A DNA stretch of 58,422 nt, counting the filler, from Porpidia crustulata (lineage: Eukaryota): NCBI GenBank assembly GCA_964255105.1. It is 5 parts of 5 records of this genome, joined end to end, with 100 filler letters (N's around TTAATTAATTAA, not from the genome) between each part and the next. Parts side by side here need not be neighbours in the genome. Positions count along the whole stretch, not along the records: positions 11,717 to 23,324 come from CAXUWE010000630.1; positions 23,425 to 35,030 come from CAXUWE010000631.1; 3 more parts are not named here. One strand, 5' to 3'. Shown here piece by piece: positions 11,717-23,709 of the stretch (positions are counted from its first letter, which is position 1; every line of letters starts with the position of its first letter). The translations under genes were made by a program, and so were the position numbers. The notes beneath the pieces were generated by a model. It was not told where the DNA came from. It ran no database searches and saw only the letters and a program-made list of their open reading frames with translations.

Positions 11717-14700
11717 GGTTGGGTGAGGTGTTATCCTCGATGTCCGAGGTGTCTAGAGGCTGGAGGGGTATGGCGTCGGGGGACTCCATCAGGAAGGAAA
11801 CGGACTCACGGATCTCGGCAAGGCTGGCTGGTTTCTTTGAGGGTTTCGTGCGGCGAGCTGCTGGGGGTGCACGATTCGCCGTGGTTTCTTCGAGGGGACG
11901 TTTGCGTTTCCCGAGTTGGGCGTCTTCAAGCATGGGCTCGGTTTGGGAGTTGGGAACTTCCTGAGTATCCGGTAGAAGCTGAGAAGCATCCTCAGGTAGT
12001 TCCTGGAGGAAAGCGAGATTCTCTTCGTCGTCGCGGTCTTCGATGGCCCGAAGGAAAGCGAGTTTCTTGGGGTCCTCTGCGATTTTCCCTACGTTTTCAT
12101 TTTCGAGTAGGGCTTTTCTCATTTTTACGAATTCTCGTCGCTTTGCTCGTTGGCGGGCTTCGGTGTCGTCTTCGGAGTCTGAGAGGTCCAACTCAGCGCC
12201 GCGCTTTCGGCGGAGGAGGCCATTGTTGATGTCTTTGAACAGCTTCTCAACAGCTTTCTCGTCGGTGGTCCGTTCTTTGTCACTGCATCCGCATGGTTTA
12301 GTTTGTATAAAAGCACAGGGTACAGGGGGCGATTTTACTCACGCGTAAAAGGCAGCCAATTCCCCTTCATCAACATCCACTTCCCCCACGTCTATGATCT
12401 TTCGAACTTCTTCGTCATCTCCTCCGCTACTCTCGTCATCACTAGCGCCTCCAATTCCCGCATACTCATCTTCAGACTCCTGAGCCTGTTCTTCGACCAT
12501 GGCCTTGGCATTACTCTTCTTTTTGTCGAAAATATCAACCGTACGTGATTGCTTTCCCTTAGTCTTCTTCAGAACATCGAATGCATTGGCTGAAATTTGG
12601 AACTCAGCGTTGTCCTTTCCATTTACCGCGTTTGCTTCGTCATTAGATTCATCCGCTGTAGCTACTATCCGCCGCCTTATACGACCTTTTCGTAATGCTT
12701 TCGGCATTTCCTGTCCAGAACCCCGCGACAATATGACCGTGTCTACGGTCGACGGAGGGACAGATACGAAACGCTGTTCGGGTCCAGGCGAGGACAATGC
12801 GAAGCCAACATCCTGTGTGGGATCTGGAATGTCGGAGCACTGAGTAGGCGTTGGAGGCGGGGCCTGAGTATCTTCCATCCCAGATTCTTGCGTTTGCAGT
12901 TGGGATAGGTGCAATTGGATGTCCGTCGAAAGAGTTCCGGTAGAGTCCTGTTGCCGGCAGGTTTGGCTATCCATTACAATTGGCTGTGAACATTCGAGGG
13001 GAAATATTGGAAAATCAGGCTCTGGCATAGGTCCAAGGAAGTCCAAGGAATCCTGGTCCTGCTCTTCACTCGGAAAGCCGCCAAGTGCCTGGGTTTGCGA
13101 CTCTGCCATGGTGGCAGCAAAAGCTTGTGTCATACCTAGAATACCAATCCCAGGCCCGGCTGGCATAAGCGGCTCTAGTAGTAGCGGATTATGCATAGCT
13201 TTGGTACTCTCCGACTGGGTTTGGCTTGCATTTGGCTGGTCGTCCTCGTCATCGTCTTCGTCGATAATACGGTTGCATCTACGTTTTCGCTGGACCGGTA
13301 ATTCGTCAAGCTCTTGGTCGATGTCTTCGTCATTCATAGAAATGTCTGCATATTCCCCAATGCTATTTTGGTTGGCTTCAGTCTTGATAAGAGCTTCCCG
13401 TCGACTCGTATCATCTGCTGGATCGGTGCCGCCAGTCTCATCATCGCTTTCAACATCCAACCCTGCTTCCATCCGTGTATTATCATGTTCATCCTCCCCG
13501 AATCCCTCTTCTTCGGACCCGGAAAGCTCAATATCTGAATTATCTACTTCATCATCTTGGTAGTCTGCATCTTCATCGCTTGTGTCAGGCAGCACATCAA
13601 GCTGTCCATCCACATCCTTCTTTCGAGCAGCCTGTTTCTCCTTCTGTTTGATCTGCTGCGCCTCCATTCGAGCCTTCTCAAGCAAGTTCTCGACTTCCAC
13701 TTGATCTTTCTCACGTTCCTCCGCCGTCTGCACTATCACGCCTCTTGCTTTCAGACCTTGAATCTTCTCTGCACGCTCTGCCGCTGCCTGCTGTCTTGCC
13801 CGCTTTTGCAGAGAAAGCTGCATCTCAGAAAGACTCATAGATACTTGAGATCTTGTGCCGTGCTTGCCCGGCGATGTCAGATGAGCAAGTGCTCTCAAAG
13901 TCCGGAGGGAGCGCCCTTCGCTAGCGCTCCCCGCAGGTAGGCGGTCAAAGACATTAGCTTTGAGGTTTTTAGACATCTTCATAGGCACGATCTCAAGGTC
14001 GCTATCTGAGTCACGCCCATTCTTCTCAACCACTGGCCACCTTTGGAGCTGGACTCGCGTGCTAGGCTGTGTGGGGACTACTCCGCTTCCTATCTTCGAC
14101 GCCTGTGCGATACCTCTCTCGTTCATTTGCTTGCGGCTACTTTCCGTCATCGTAATCTGTCCTTTGTCAATCTGGTTCTCCGGGGGGTTAACAATTTCGA
14201 ACATAGTTGGAAACTCGTCTTGCGAACTCTGCTTATGCGGAAGTGACATATCAGTCGTAGATCCTTTAATACCAAAGTTCAATGCATCCATGATGCTCGA
14301 TTGGTTGAGTTCTGGTAAGTTTGTCGAGTGCTCAGGAACTTTACTATCGCCTACAGACTGTGGAGGACTACTTGGGGGAGTCTCTCCAGCGTTGGCGTCT
14401 TCCAATTCCGAGGCTGGAGCTGAGCTAGCAGCAGTTGAAGACTTGCCAATGTCTATAATACCTTCACTTGGTAAATTTACCCCTCTAAATTTAAAGCGTG
14501 CGAACAGACTCTCCTTCGTAACTTTTTTCCTCGTCCTGGCCTGGTGTGCTAGTTGCATGTTCCTACTCATTCTTTGGGTCTCCCTATTCATCTCTTCCAA
14601 TGCCTTTTTACTCGCCTTTCGAGCGGGTCGAGTTTGCTGTGTTAATCTACTCTCTCCTTCTTTGTCGTCAATGTCTCCCTCGGACTCAGCTAGAGATGTA

Positions 14701-15482
14701 GGGCGAGAACATCCCGTTGATTTCTTGGTAGCTCTGCTCCGATTTTCCCCCCCTTCTCTTGCCTCCCGCTTAGCTCTTTCCTGAGCCACTAATCGGAGAA
14801 CTTTATTGCTTGTGCGAGGATCAGGTGGTAAGTCGCTGTCCGATGTATCTTTATGGTCTGAGTTACCAAAGTGTGCAGGCGATGATGCTGGCTTCCGCGA
14901 TACAAACAATCCGGGGGATGATCTCTGGCTAGTGTTTTGTCGCCTTGAAGGTGATTGAGACTGACTGAGGTCCTTCGTGACTCGTTCAATCCTTCGGCAT
15001 GCCCTCAGCGGCTCATCATCATCCTCAGGCCCGGAAATCATCGAATCAGGCAATACGCGCTGTGCTCGCTTTAGAGGTTCACCTAATATCTGAGATCTTA
15101 TCCTTTGATACGCAGTAGCGTGTTCCTCGTTCGCAGTCGAGGTGCGCCCGGTCGTGCTATACTCTTGCAGACGCGCAGCTATCCTTCCCCTCGGTTGCAC
15201 AGGTACAATATCACTTTCTTCATCCTCGGCATAATCTTCGCGAGACTCGTGAAGACTTAGATTCGTATCTGTTGATATCTTTGTCGTAGGACCTGATCCC
15301 AGGAGATTACTTTCATGAAATGCCGCTTCTGTATTAGTTTCAAGATCAGACTCGTCATCAATTGCTGCAAGCATTGCCTTGACTTTGCTCCTCGGCGTGA
15401 GCTGCAGCGACGAACTCTCATTCTGGGAATTGGACGGCGAGGAGAAGGCCATCGGAGAATCTGATCGCTGAGGGAACACCAT
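11717..15482 (-). CDS. MRC1: Replication checkpoint mediator Mrc1/Claspin (3' end truncated by contig end)
   Basis: RKASKKALEEMNRETQRMSRNMQLAHQA block and MRC1-domain MVEEQAQESEDEYAGIGGASDDE...LFKDINNGLLRRKR, with many SQ/TQ sites. Intron 12283-12342. Start ATG is 15482 or 15452. Confidence 0.9.
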
Positions 15483-15572
15483 GCCTACTAATAACAATCA
15501 GTCCGAGTAGATATGCGTTGGTGCTGGCTCATTCTGGAGGATCCGTACAGTCAAGCGTATTTGGGTTGGGAG

Positions 15573-15615
15573 ACGCGTTACTTTGTGTGCAGGCGCGCTT
15601 AATCACTGTACGCGA
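15573..15615. promoter_or_regulatory. MCB-like elements (ACGCGT at 15573, ACGCGA at 15610) upstream of MRC1
   Basis: Motifs lie about 90-130 bp upstream of the MRC1 ATG. MRC1 is a known MBF target in yeasts. Confidence 0.5.
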
Positions 15616-16019
15616 CACGAATCACCACGCATGGATACTCTTAGCCACGTTTGGCTAGATCAAGTTTCTTTCGCAGCATAAAGGGACCTTAGGTAACACT
15701 TTCACACTTCACTAAGTCGCTATTTCGGTCTTCCATACGCTATTGAGTAAAGACGTTCATACATGGTATTTACCTATACCGCTAATAAATGATGAGACGC
15801 CAGATTAATGCTTGAAATACGGCCTGAATATGCAGGAAGTCGAAAAATGCTTTGGTGGGTATCCACAGAGCCATACATGACGGACAGGAGACACGTGAGT
15901 GCTGAAAGAGGGTAAATATGGTGGTCGGACGTCAAGATAGGCTATATCATCCAGATGAGGATCGAGTGCTCAAGCTGAAGCTGGAGGGCATTCTCAAATC
16001 TTGGTATGGCGGAATATGC

Positions 16020-17759
16020 TCAGTATTGCGAGCTTTCGCCTTGAGAATGATTATTCCCGTTGGTCCCTGGGCGTCTCAGTGTTGAATTTCTGTAACTTGA
16101 GTTTGGGGGTTGTGGTAGTGGTCCTGAGGGAGGGGGCGCCGGACGAATTGGTAGATTGAAGCTATCATTATCTTTGGGCCTCGACTGTAAACCAGATGCC
16201 GCATTGGTACCATCATGATCCCGTAATCTGCTTGAAGAGCTACCAGGTATACTACCAGATGTACTCGACGTTCGAGGCGGGAATGCTTGACGCGCAAACG
16301 CTGGATTCGGGGAGGCATATTTGCTCGCGCCATTAACATCAACGGGCAGCGTACGCTGAACAACGACAGTATCCGATGGCGGTGATGGTTTCATGTCATC
16401 GCCGACAATGGGTATTTCACCAGAGGTTGGAGTCTTGGATGCGGAAGATTCTTTGGAAGGAGAAGATATCGGATCGCTGCGAAGTAATTCTTGAGTTGAC
16501 GGTGACAGTTGGGGCGCAAGGTGGGATTTGCGGTTATGGCGCTCCATCATTTGGACCGCCCAGTCTTCAAGGTCGACTGGTGTACGCTTAGCGGCTTGGA
16601 GAAACGCATCTTGATCCTACATCATTGTCAGCAATGAACAGCAAATGCCTAATGGTATACCTACGTATAGCTGTCGAGGCGATGGACGCTCCTCCGGGTT
16701 CTTGAGGAGGCATTTTTGTATCATTTGATCAAGAATTGGAGGGAATGCGTCACTCTGTGGTAGTCTTGGAGATTCCTCAAATACGATATGTTGTAAGAGA
16801 TCAAGTATGCCCACAGGCCCTGCACTCACTCTATCTCCAGCCGCTGTATCGCTGTCATCAAATGGGAATCTCCCGATAGCGAGCTCCATCAGAGTCAAGC
16901 CTGTGCTCCACACATCGGATTTGATCGAATAATTGTGACCTTGGATACGTTCAGGTGCCATGTAGGTCGATGTGCCGACGAAGGTATCTGCGACAGAATT
17001 CACAAGTTCGCCCGAGACGCCAAAATCACAAAGCTTGATATTGCCCCGAGAATGGACTAAAACATTAGAAGGTTTGATATCGCGGTGCATAATACGGTGA
17101 ACCTCATAAAGATAAATCAGACCGCTGAGAATTGCTTCAGCTATTTTCCCTAAAACATCTACGCGAACAGGGCCGAAATCTTTAGAGATACGATCTAGCG
17201 AGCTAAGGTGGTGTCAGGTAATTCAGAGAAAGCTTGCCGAAGAGTACGAGCTCACCCGCAATCCATATATTCCATACACATGATTACGTCCCCAGCGTCG
17301 TTCAAGAAGGCGCCGTAAAAGTTGACAATATTAGGTGAGGTACACTCATGCATTATCTGTAATTCTCGAACAATGTGCTTTCGCACTTTACTGTTCGCTT
17401 CCACGCGAATCACCTGCCAGATCGGTCAGCCAGATGAAGTCTCGAAGTATTACCTTGTGTTGCAAAGGTCGTACCTTTTTCGCCATGATGACCTTTGTCG
17501 CCGCATGCATAACCTTACTTACAGTTCCTCCATTTCCAGCTCCGAGCTCTTTTTGGACGATCAAGTCTTCACTTCTGAGATCCAGCTTAAATTCTACCCC
17601 AATCTCAAGTGTGTCCGGTCTTGTAACATCATTGCCAATTCCACCAGGGATTTGTGCATCACCCGCTGAAGGTGCAGCAGCTTTTGGAGCTGGTGCATTG
17701 AGTGCAAGCCCCTTCTTATTTTTGCGGTCAAAGGTACGAGCTTTCTGAATGCCCGACAT
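16020..17759 (-). CDS. STE7: MAP kinase kinase Ste7/MkkB
   Basis: N-terminal docking motif RKNKKGLALN, ELGAGNGGTV, HRDIKPSNVL, and DFGVSGELVNSVADTFVGTSTYMAPERI. Three introns. Confidence 0.93.
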
Positions 17760-18363
17760 GTTATCGGATGTTCTGGGTGGTAGGGCTTGACCCTGAGGAC
17801 GTTGCTCGGAGAAGAAGTTCACCAGGAGAGCTCAAGGATGGTAGCGCAGTTTCAGTCCCTATTACATGAATTATGGGGGCCAATGAGTCTGTAATTATAC
17901 GTTGGGAAGTGTGCCAATCAGTAGGTCAAGTCTTGGAATCCTATTCTTGATCTCTTGAGGACGCGGACACTTCGGAAGTGAAATACCACAGCCAACGAGT
18001 AATGGTATTGCTAAGCTTCAAGTAATATGTGCTGAAAGTTTATGAATGAATGTTTGGAGTGAAAGGAAGTAGGTAGCGGTTAATCGTGATGAACCGCATG
18101 TAGGATGAGCTATCTCGGCAGACTTAGTACCTTCATAGGGCTGACTCTCATTGTCTTAGGTTTGCCCTTCCAATGACAAAGCTACCAGCGAATATATATC
18201 ACTTTTGATTTCAACATAGCAAACGATGTGAATTGCAGTTCCTACTTGATAAATTGAAAGCATAGACTTTTATCAGCAATTCGACACATGGATGTGCAGC
18301 CGAGATTACTAAGTAGAATATCTACGGTCTACCGTTTGATACATCTAGAGTTAACTAGGGTGC

Positions 18364-18617
18364 CACGCGCCAGGCAAAAAAAGCCGCGCACCCAAAATTT
18401 TCTGCCTATGTTAAAGCGACAAGAATTGCGAATTGCTACATTTAGATTCTTTTTCAGTCTATAGGTATCATGTTCGATAAATCTTCAAAATTTAATAAAC
18501 GACGAGAACAAAATAACGAGTCATTAAAACAATAAATCTTCTGAGATTCAGTAGTAAATTTGGTGGTGGAGTGCGGGGGGGAAATTTGGGTGCGCGGCTT
18601 TTTTTGCCTGGCGCGTG
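18364..18617. mobile_element. MITE-like element A, 254 bp, 33-bp perfect terminal inverted repeats
   Basis: TIR CACGCGCCAGGCAAAAAAAGCCGCGCACCCAAA at both ends, AT-rich non-coding interior, and direct repeat GGTGC at 18359-18363 and 18618-18622. Confidence 0.85.
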
Positions 18618-18755
18618 GGTGCCAGTACTTTTTGTTCTTTGGCAAGGTACGAGGCCATCATACCGCCCACTACCTATGAGCAAGGCAAATTGGAAATTCT
18701 TTGATAGTATATTCCACTTGCGCGTATATCCCACCTCGACGACCTCATAACCACC

Positions 18756-21700
18756 ATGAGCGCTCTAGATCTGATTGTGGGAGAGGCTGAACTTGACGAT
18801 GACGAGGGGGAGGAGTCTTTCGATGACGAAACTGGTGAAGTGAGGCGGAAAGCTAATGGTACGAATGGGGTCAATGGCCATCTTGACGATTCAAGCGAAG
18901 AAGAGGACGACGATGATCCAGAGGCCGCGCGACTGGTAGGCTGCTCATTGTTCATCTCAGAGATTTCTTGCTAAGGGTAGCCTGTGATCACACTAGATTA
19001 GAGAGGGTTTTATCGTCGAAGATGAAGAGGAACCAGAAGAAAGAGATAGGCGTAGAAGAGAAAGGAAGAAGCGGAGAAGAGAGGAACGAGAGGAGGAGGA
19101 AGCTGGTCTGGACGAGGAAGACTTAGATCTGATTGGAGAGGCCAACCCTGACTTCGGACGCCGGGAACCAGTTGAGGTAATGGTAATGCATTAGCAGAAG
19201 GTTTCAGTGCTGACTACTCTCAAGCCTAAACTCAAACGCTTGAAGCGAGGGCACAAGGAAGATCGGGAAGGAAGGCCTTCAAAAGGAGTTGGCGGTATAT
19301 TTGATTCTGATGAAGAAGAAGATATTCCACACACGTATGAGCCTCAAAGGCCTAATCGAGCAGAACCACGGACCGTGGAAGATGAGTTTGCTGATTTCAT
19401 TGAAGAAGACTTTTCTGGTGACGAAGGGCGAGATGGAGCTGACGACGATGCTGAGGTGGCTCGACACGTCAACAGGGCTTTGATTGGAGCTAACGATGCC
19501 GCGGGTCTCGATGAGATGACACTGGAAGACATGAAGGAAGCATTTGGTACAGGAGCTGAGTACGACTGGGCACTAGAACTTCAAGAGCAGGAAGAGGATG
19601 AACAGCGGCGAGTGGATGTTGATGATCCCGACGGACTAGTCAAAGGCATCGAGCTCAAAGACGTCTTCGAGCCTTCTCAGCTTGCTGAAAGAATGTTGAC
19701 CGACGAGGATAATCAGATCCGCTCTATTGATGAACCGGAGCGCTTCCAGATAGCCAGGAAACCTTACAGGGATCTTATTCTCACAGAGGAGCAATTCAAG
19801 GAAGAGTCGCTTTGGATATCAGACTTGATGCTACTCAAAAAACGCCTGGAGGCCGATCTCCGAGAGCCCTTCCAAAAATCTGTTGCAAAAGTGTTGGAGT
19901 TTATGATTACGGACGAGTACGAAGTTCCATTTATATTTCAGCATCGCAAAGACTACTTGATCCATGCCGCAAAGATACCGAGCTCACCGGACGCTTACAA
20001 TCAAGGTGCTCCACAATATGTGGTCAAGGCTGAGAAATTACTTACTCAATCGGACCTTTGGGAGATATTTGAGCTGGATCTGAAGTTCAGAGCCCTTGTT
20101 GAAAAGCGTAATGCACTGCAAAAGACTTATGACAATTTGACAAGTATATCTGAAATGCATGATGGGGTCTTCGAAGAGATGATACCTACAGCAGTAACCA
20201 TGGAGGAACTACAAGATGTGCAGGATTACATGCATTTCCAGCACTCTTCACGCCTTGCAGATCTTACAGTGCTTAATGGCTCAGGAGTCAATGGAACCCA
20301 GCGCCGGCCCGGTGCATCAAAGCTAATCTTCGAGCGCGTACGCAATGGAAAGGTATACGGCTTGGTGCGTGCCTTTGGTATTTCCGCGGATGCGTTTGCA
20401 CAGAATGCGCTTAAGAAGGAAGGCAGAAGGCAATATACCGAGGATCCCCCAGAACGGCCTGACGATATGGCAGACAGTGACACGATCCTAGACCCGCCCG
20501 ACTATTCTTCTGGCGCACAATGCCTTAGGGCAGCGAAAGCCATGTTTGCGGAAGAAATTTCCCTCAGTCCTAAGATGAGGAAGGTAATGCGTCGCGCATA
20601 CTACACGAACGGAGTAATCGATTGCTTCAGAACAGAAAAAGGCTTGCGTAAGATTGATGAGCAACATCCTTATTATGAATTCAAGTATTTACGAGATCAA
20701 CAATTGAGCGACATTGCTCGACAGCCTGATCTTTTTCTCAAAATGTTCAGGGCCGAAGAAGAAGGCCTTGTTGACGTGAGAGTACGGATGCAGAACTATG
20801 AAAACTTCAGAAACAGACTTTACAGCGATATTGAGTCTGACAATTTCAGTGAAGTGGCTGATGCATGGAACCGTGAGCGACGAGACGCGGTAGACATGGC
20901 CCTTCTGAAATTAGATAAGATCATGGCAAGAGGTGTCAAAGAGAATCTGAAGACGGAATGCGAAAACCAAGTCGCTAAGTCTTGTAGGGAAGAATATGCA
21001 AAGAAGCTCGATCAAGCGCCATACAAGCCGAAAGGAATGATGCTAGGCACGGTCCCCAGGGTTTTGGCGCTATCTAACGGCACTGGCACGTTCGGACGAG
21101 AAGCAATCTGCTGGGCATGGGTTGAAGAAGACGGGCGTGTGCTTGAAAATGGCAAATTCATCGACCTTTCCCTTGGCAACGTCGACAGAGGCACCGAGGA
21201 CGGAGCGGACGTGAAAGTCTTCGTGGAGCTCGTGGAGCGACGCAAGCCTGATGTAATAGGTGTTTCAGGCTTCTCGGTCGAGACTCGAAAGCTTTTCAAG
21301 CAGATTGAAGAGATTGTCGAGTTCAAGAACCTCCGAGGCCCTGATTACGAAGACGAAGACGGCAACGACAATAGCGACAAGCTGGAAGTTGTTGTAGTAA
21401 ACGATGAAGTCGCGCGACTGTATCAGACCAGTGATCGAGCTAACATCGAGCATCCCGGCTTTACGCCTCTAACCAAGTACTGCGTAGCGCTCGCAAAGTA
21501 CTTGCAAAACCCGATGAAAGAGTATGCAGCTCTTGGTAGAGATATTGTGTCTATCTCTTTTGACCCGTGTCAAGGATACGTACCTCAGGAAAAGATCATC
21601 AAGCAATTGGAGACGGCAATGGTTGACATGGTCAATCTTTGCGGTGTTGACATCAATGACGCCGTAAGCGATATCAATACAGCCAGTCTGCTCCCTTACG

Positions 21701-23252
21701 TTTGCGGTCTCGGCCCGCGAAAGGCATCGCAATTGCTTAAGGTCATCAACCTTAACGGAGGCATTGTATCTACACGAGCCGAGCTCGTTGCAGATCTGGA
21801 TCAGGGCAGACTTGGTGCGGTAGGTCCCCGTGTCTGGAACAATTGCGCCAGTTTCCTCTTTATCGATTTTGATCCTTCAGAACCTGAATCGGATTATCTT
21901 GACAATACCCGTGTACATCCTGAAGACTACGATCTTGGGCGCAAGATGGCAGCAGACGCATTGGAGCTGGATGAAGAAGATATTGAAGCTGAGCAACAAG
22001 AGAATGGGCCGGGAGCCATTGTGCGAAAATTAATCAAAGACGAGGCTCAGGAAAAAGTCAACGATCTTATCCTCGAAGAATATGCCGAGCAATTGGAGAA
22101 AAACTTCAATCAGCGAAAACGTGCGACATTGGAGACCATTCGTGCAGAATTACAGCAGCCATACGAAGAGCTGCGCAGAAATTTCGTGTTACTCCCACAT
22201 AACGATATTTTCACAATGTTCACTGGCGAAACTCCCCAATCGCTTTGTGAAGGCATGGTTGTTCCAGTGTCTATCAAGAGGGTAGGCGACGACTATGTGG
22301 ACGTTAAGATGGACTGCGGTATTGAAGGAACAGTATCAGCGTCTGAGCTCTCTAATAGACCTGAGATTTCCGCCAAACAACTTTTCGCATTACACCAAAC
22401 AGTCCAAGCAAAGATCATGAATCTGAATAGAAAGCAACTCTCTGCAACATTTTCCCTACGAGACGACGAGCTCCGAAGACCTTATCGCAAGGAAATCGAT
22501 CGATCTCAGGATGAATGGGACGAAGGTCAGGAAATGCAAGACAAAGAGTCTATGAAGGAAAAGAATGACGTATCTGGCCGAACTCAGAGAGTTGTCAAGC
22601 ATCCCCTATTCAAACCCTTTAATAGCGCCCAAGCAGAGGAGTACCTAGGCTCCCAGGCAAGAGGTGATGTAGTGATCCGTCCTTCGTCCAAGGGAACTGA
22701 GCACCTTGCTGTGACGTGGAAAGTCTCCGACAATGTATATCAGCATATTGATGTCCTCGAGCTCAACAAATCCGGACCATATGCGACGGGTACAACTCTC
22801 TCGATTGGCGGCGGTCGCTTCACCTACAGTGATCTGGATGAGATGATAGTCAACCACGTAAAAGGCATGGCAAGAAAAGTAGACGAGATAATGCTGCATG
22901 AGAAATACCATATTACTAGCAAAGCGGAGACTGGTAAGTTGAAACTATCTCATCCCCTCGTTTCAATCTTTCAATCCTATGCTGACATGGTTGCCGTTCC
23001 CAAGAACGATGGCTCACCACCTACACCGAAGCCAACCCCAAACGCTCCGTCTACGCCTTCTGCATCAACCCCAAACACCCCGGCTACTTTTTCCTTTGCT
23101 TCAAAGCCGGACAGCATGCGCCCGTGCAGAATTGGCCCGTCAAAGTCGTGCCGAACGCATTTGAGCTGCAGAAGAATCCGTACCAGGACATGCGGGCCCT
23201 GTGCAATGGGTTCAAGCTGCTTTTTCAGAGTTTGCAGAATGGGAAGCGGTGA
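18756..23252 (+). CDS. SPT6: Transcription elongation factor / histone chaperone Spt6
   Basis: Acidic N-terminus, [18 protein letters not shown], YqgF-like and HhH regions ([11 protein letters not shown]), S1 and tandem SH2 ([12 protein letters not shown]). Three introns; the last starts at 22934, so the true C-terminus differs from the ORF track. Confidence 0.95.
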
Positions 23253-23324
23253 TAATGGGGGGTGGTGGGTCGTAGCGTTGTCCTTTCTTGCAAATGTCTC
23301 TGGGAGTATCGCGGTGGACGGTAT

Positions 23325-23424
23325 NNNNNNNNNNNNNNNNNNNNNNNNNNNNNNNNNNNNNNNNNNNNTTAATTAATTAANNNNNNNNNNNNNNNNNNNN
23401 NNNNNNNNNNNNNNNNNNNNNNNN
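23325..23424. other. Artificial contig linker
   Basis: N44-TTAATTAATTAA-N44. Confidence 0.97.
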
Positions 23425-23709
23425 GTGTAGGGTGTTGGGGCCTCTCATTCGGTCCATGTTACGAAGTACTGTGACAGCTAGTTCGTGGACCAATAGTCAG
23501 CCCGTCAACATCGAACTTTTGAGAAATGGGAAACACACGAAGGCTGAGTAGCATATCCATAAGGTTCTCAAGCTGCCATAAGTGAACAATACCAGCGAGT
23601 CCAGCAAATCGTTTGTATGTCTCACTTTGGGGCAAAGTAGCGGTGCCCCATTTCAATGCTATCATTGAGATTCCTCTACATTTATTCTGTAAGCAGCCAA
23701 CTCAAGTAA

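Noticed and set aside
12919..14784. Long antisense ORFs (214 and 274 aa) opposite MRC1, and similar ones opposite RPB1 and other genes
   Set aside because: Shadow frames of real coding sequence, with no independent motifs.
18086..18144. GTGATGA...CTGA, resembling a box C/D snoRNA
   Set aside because: Short, no terminal stem, and no rRNA-complementary guide that I can recognise.
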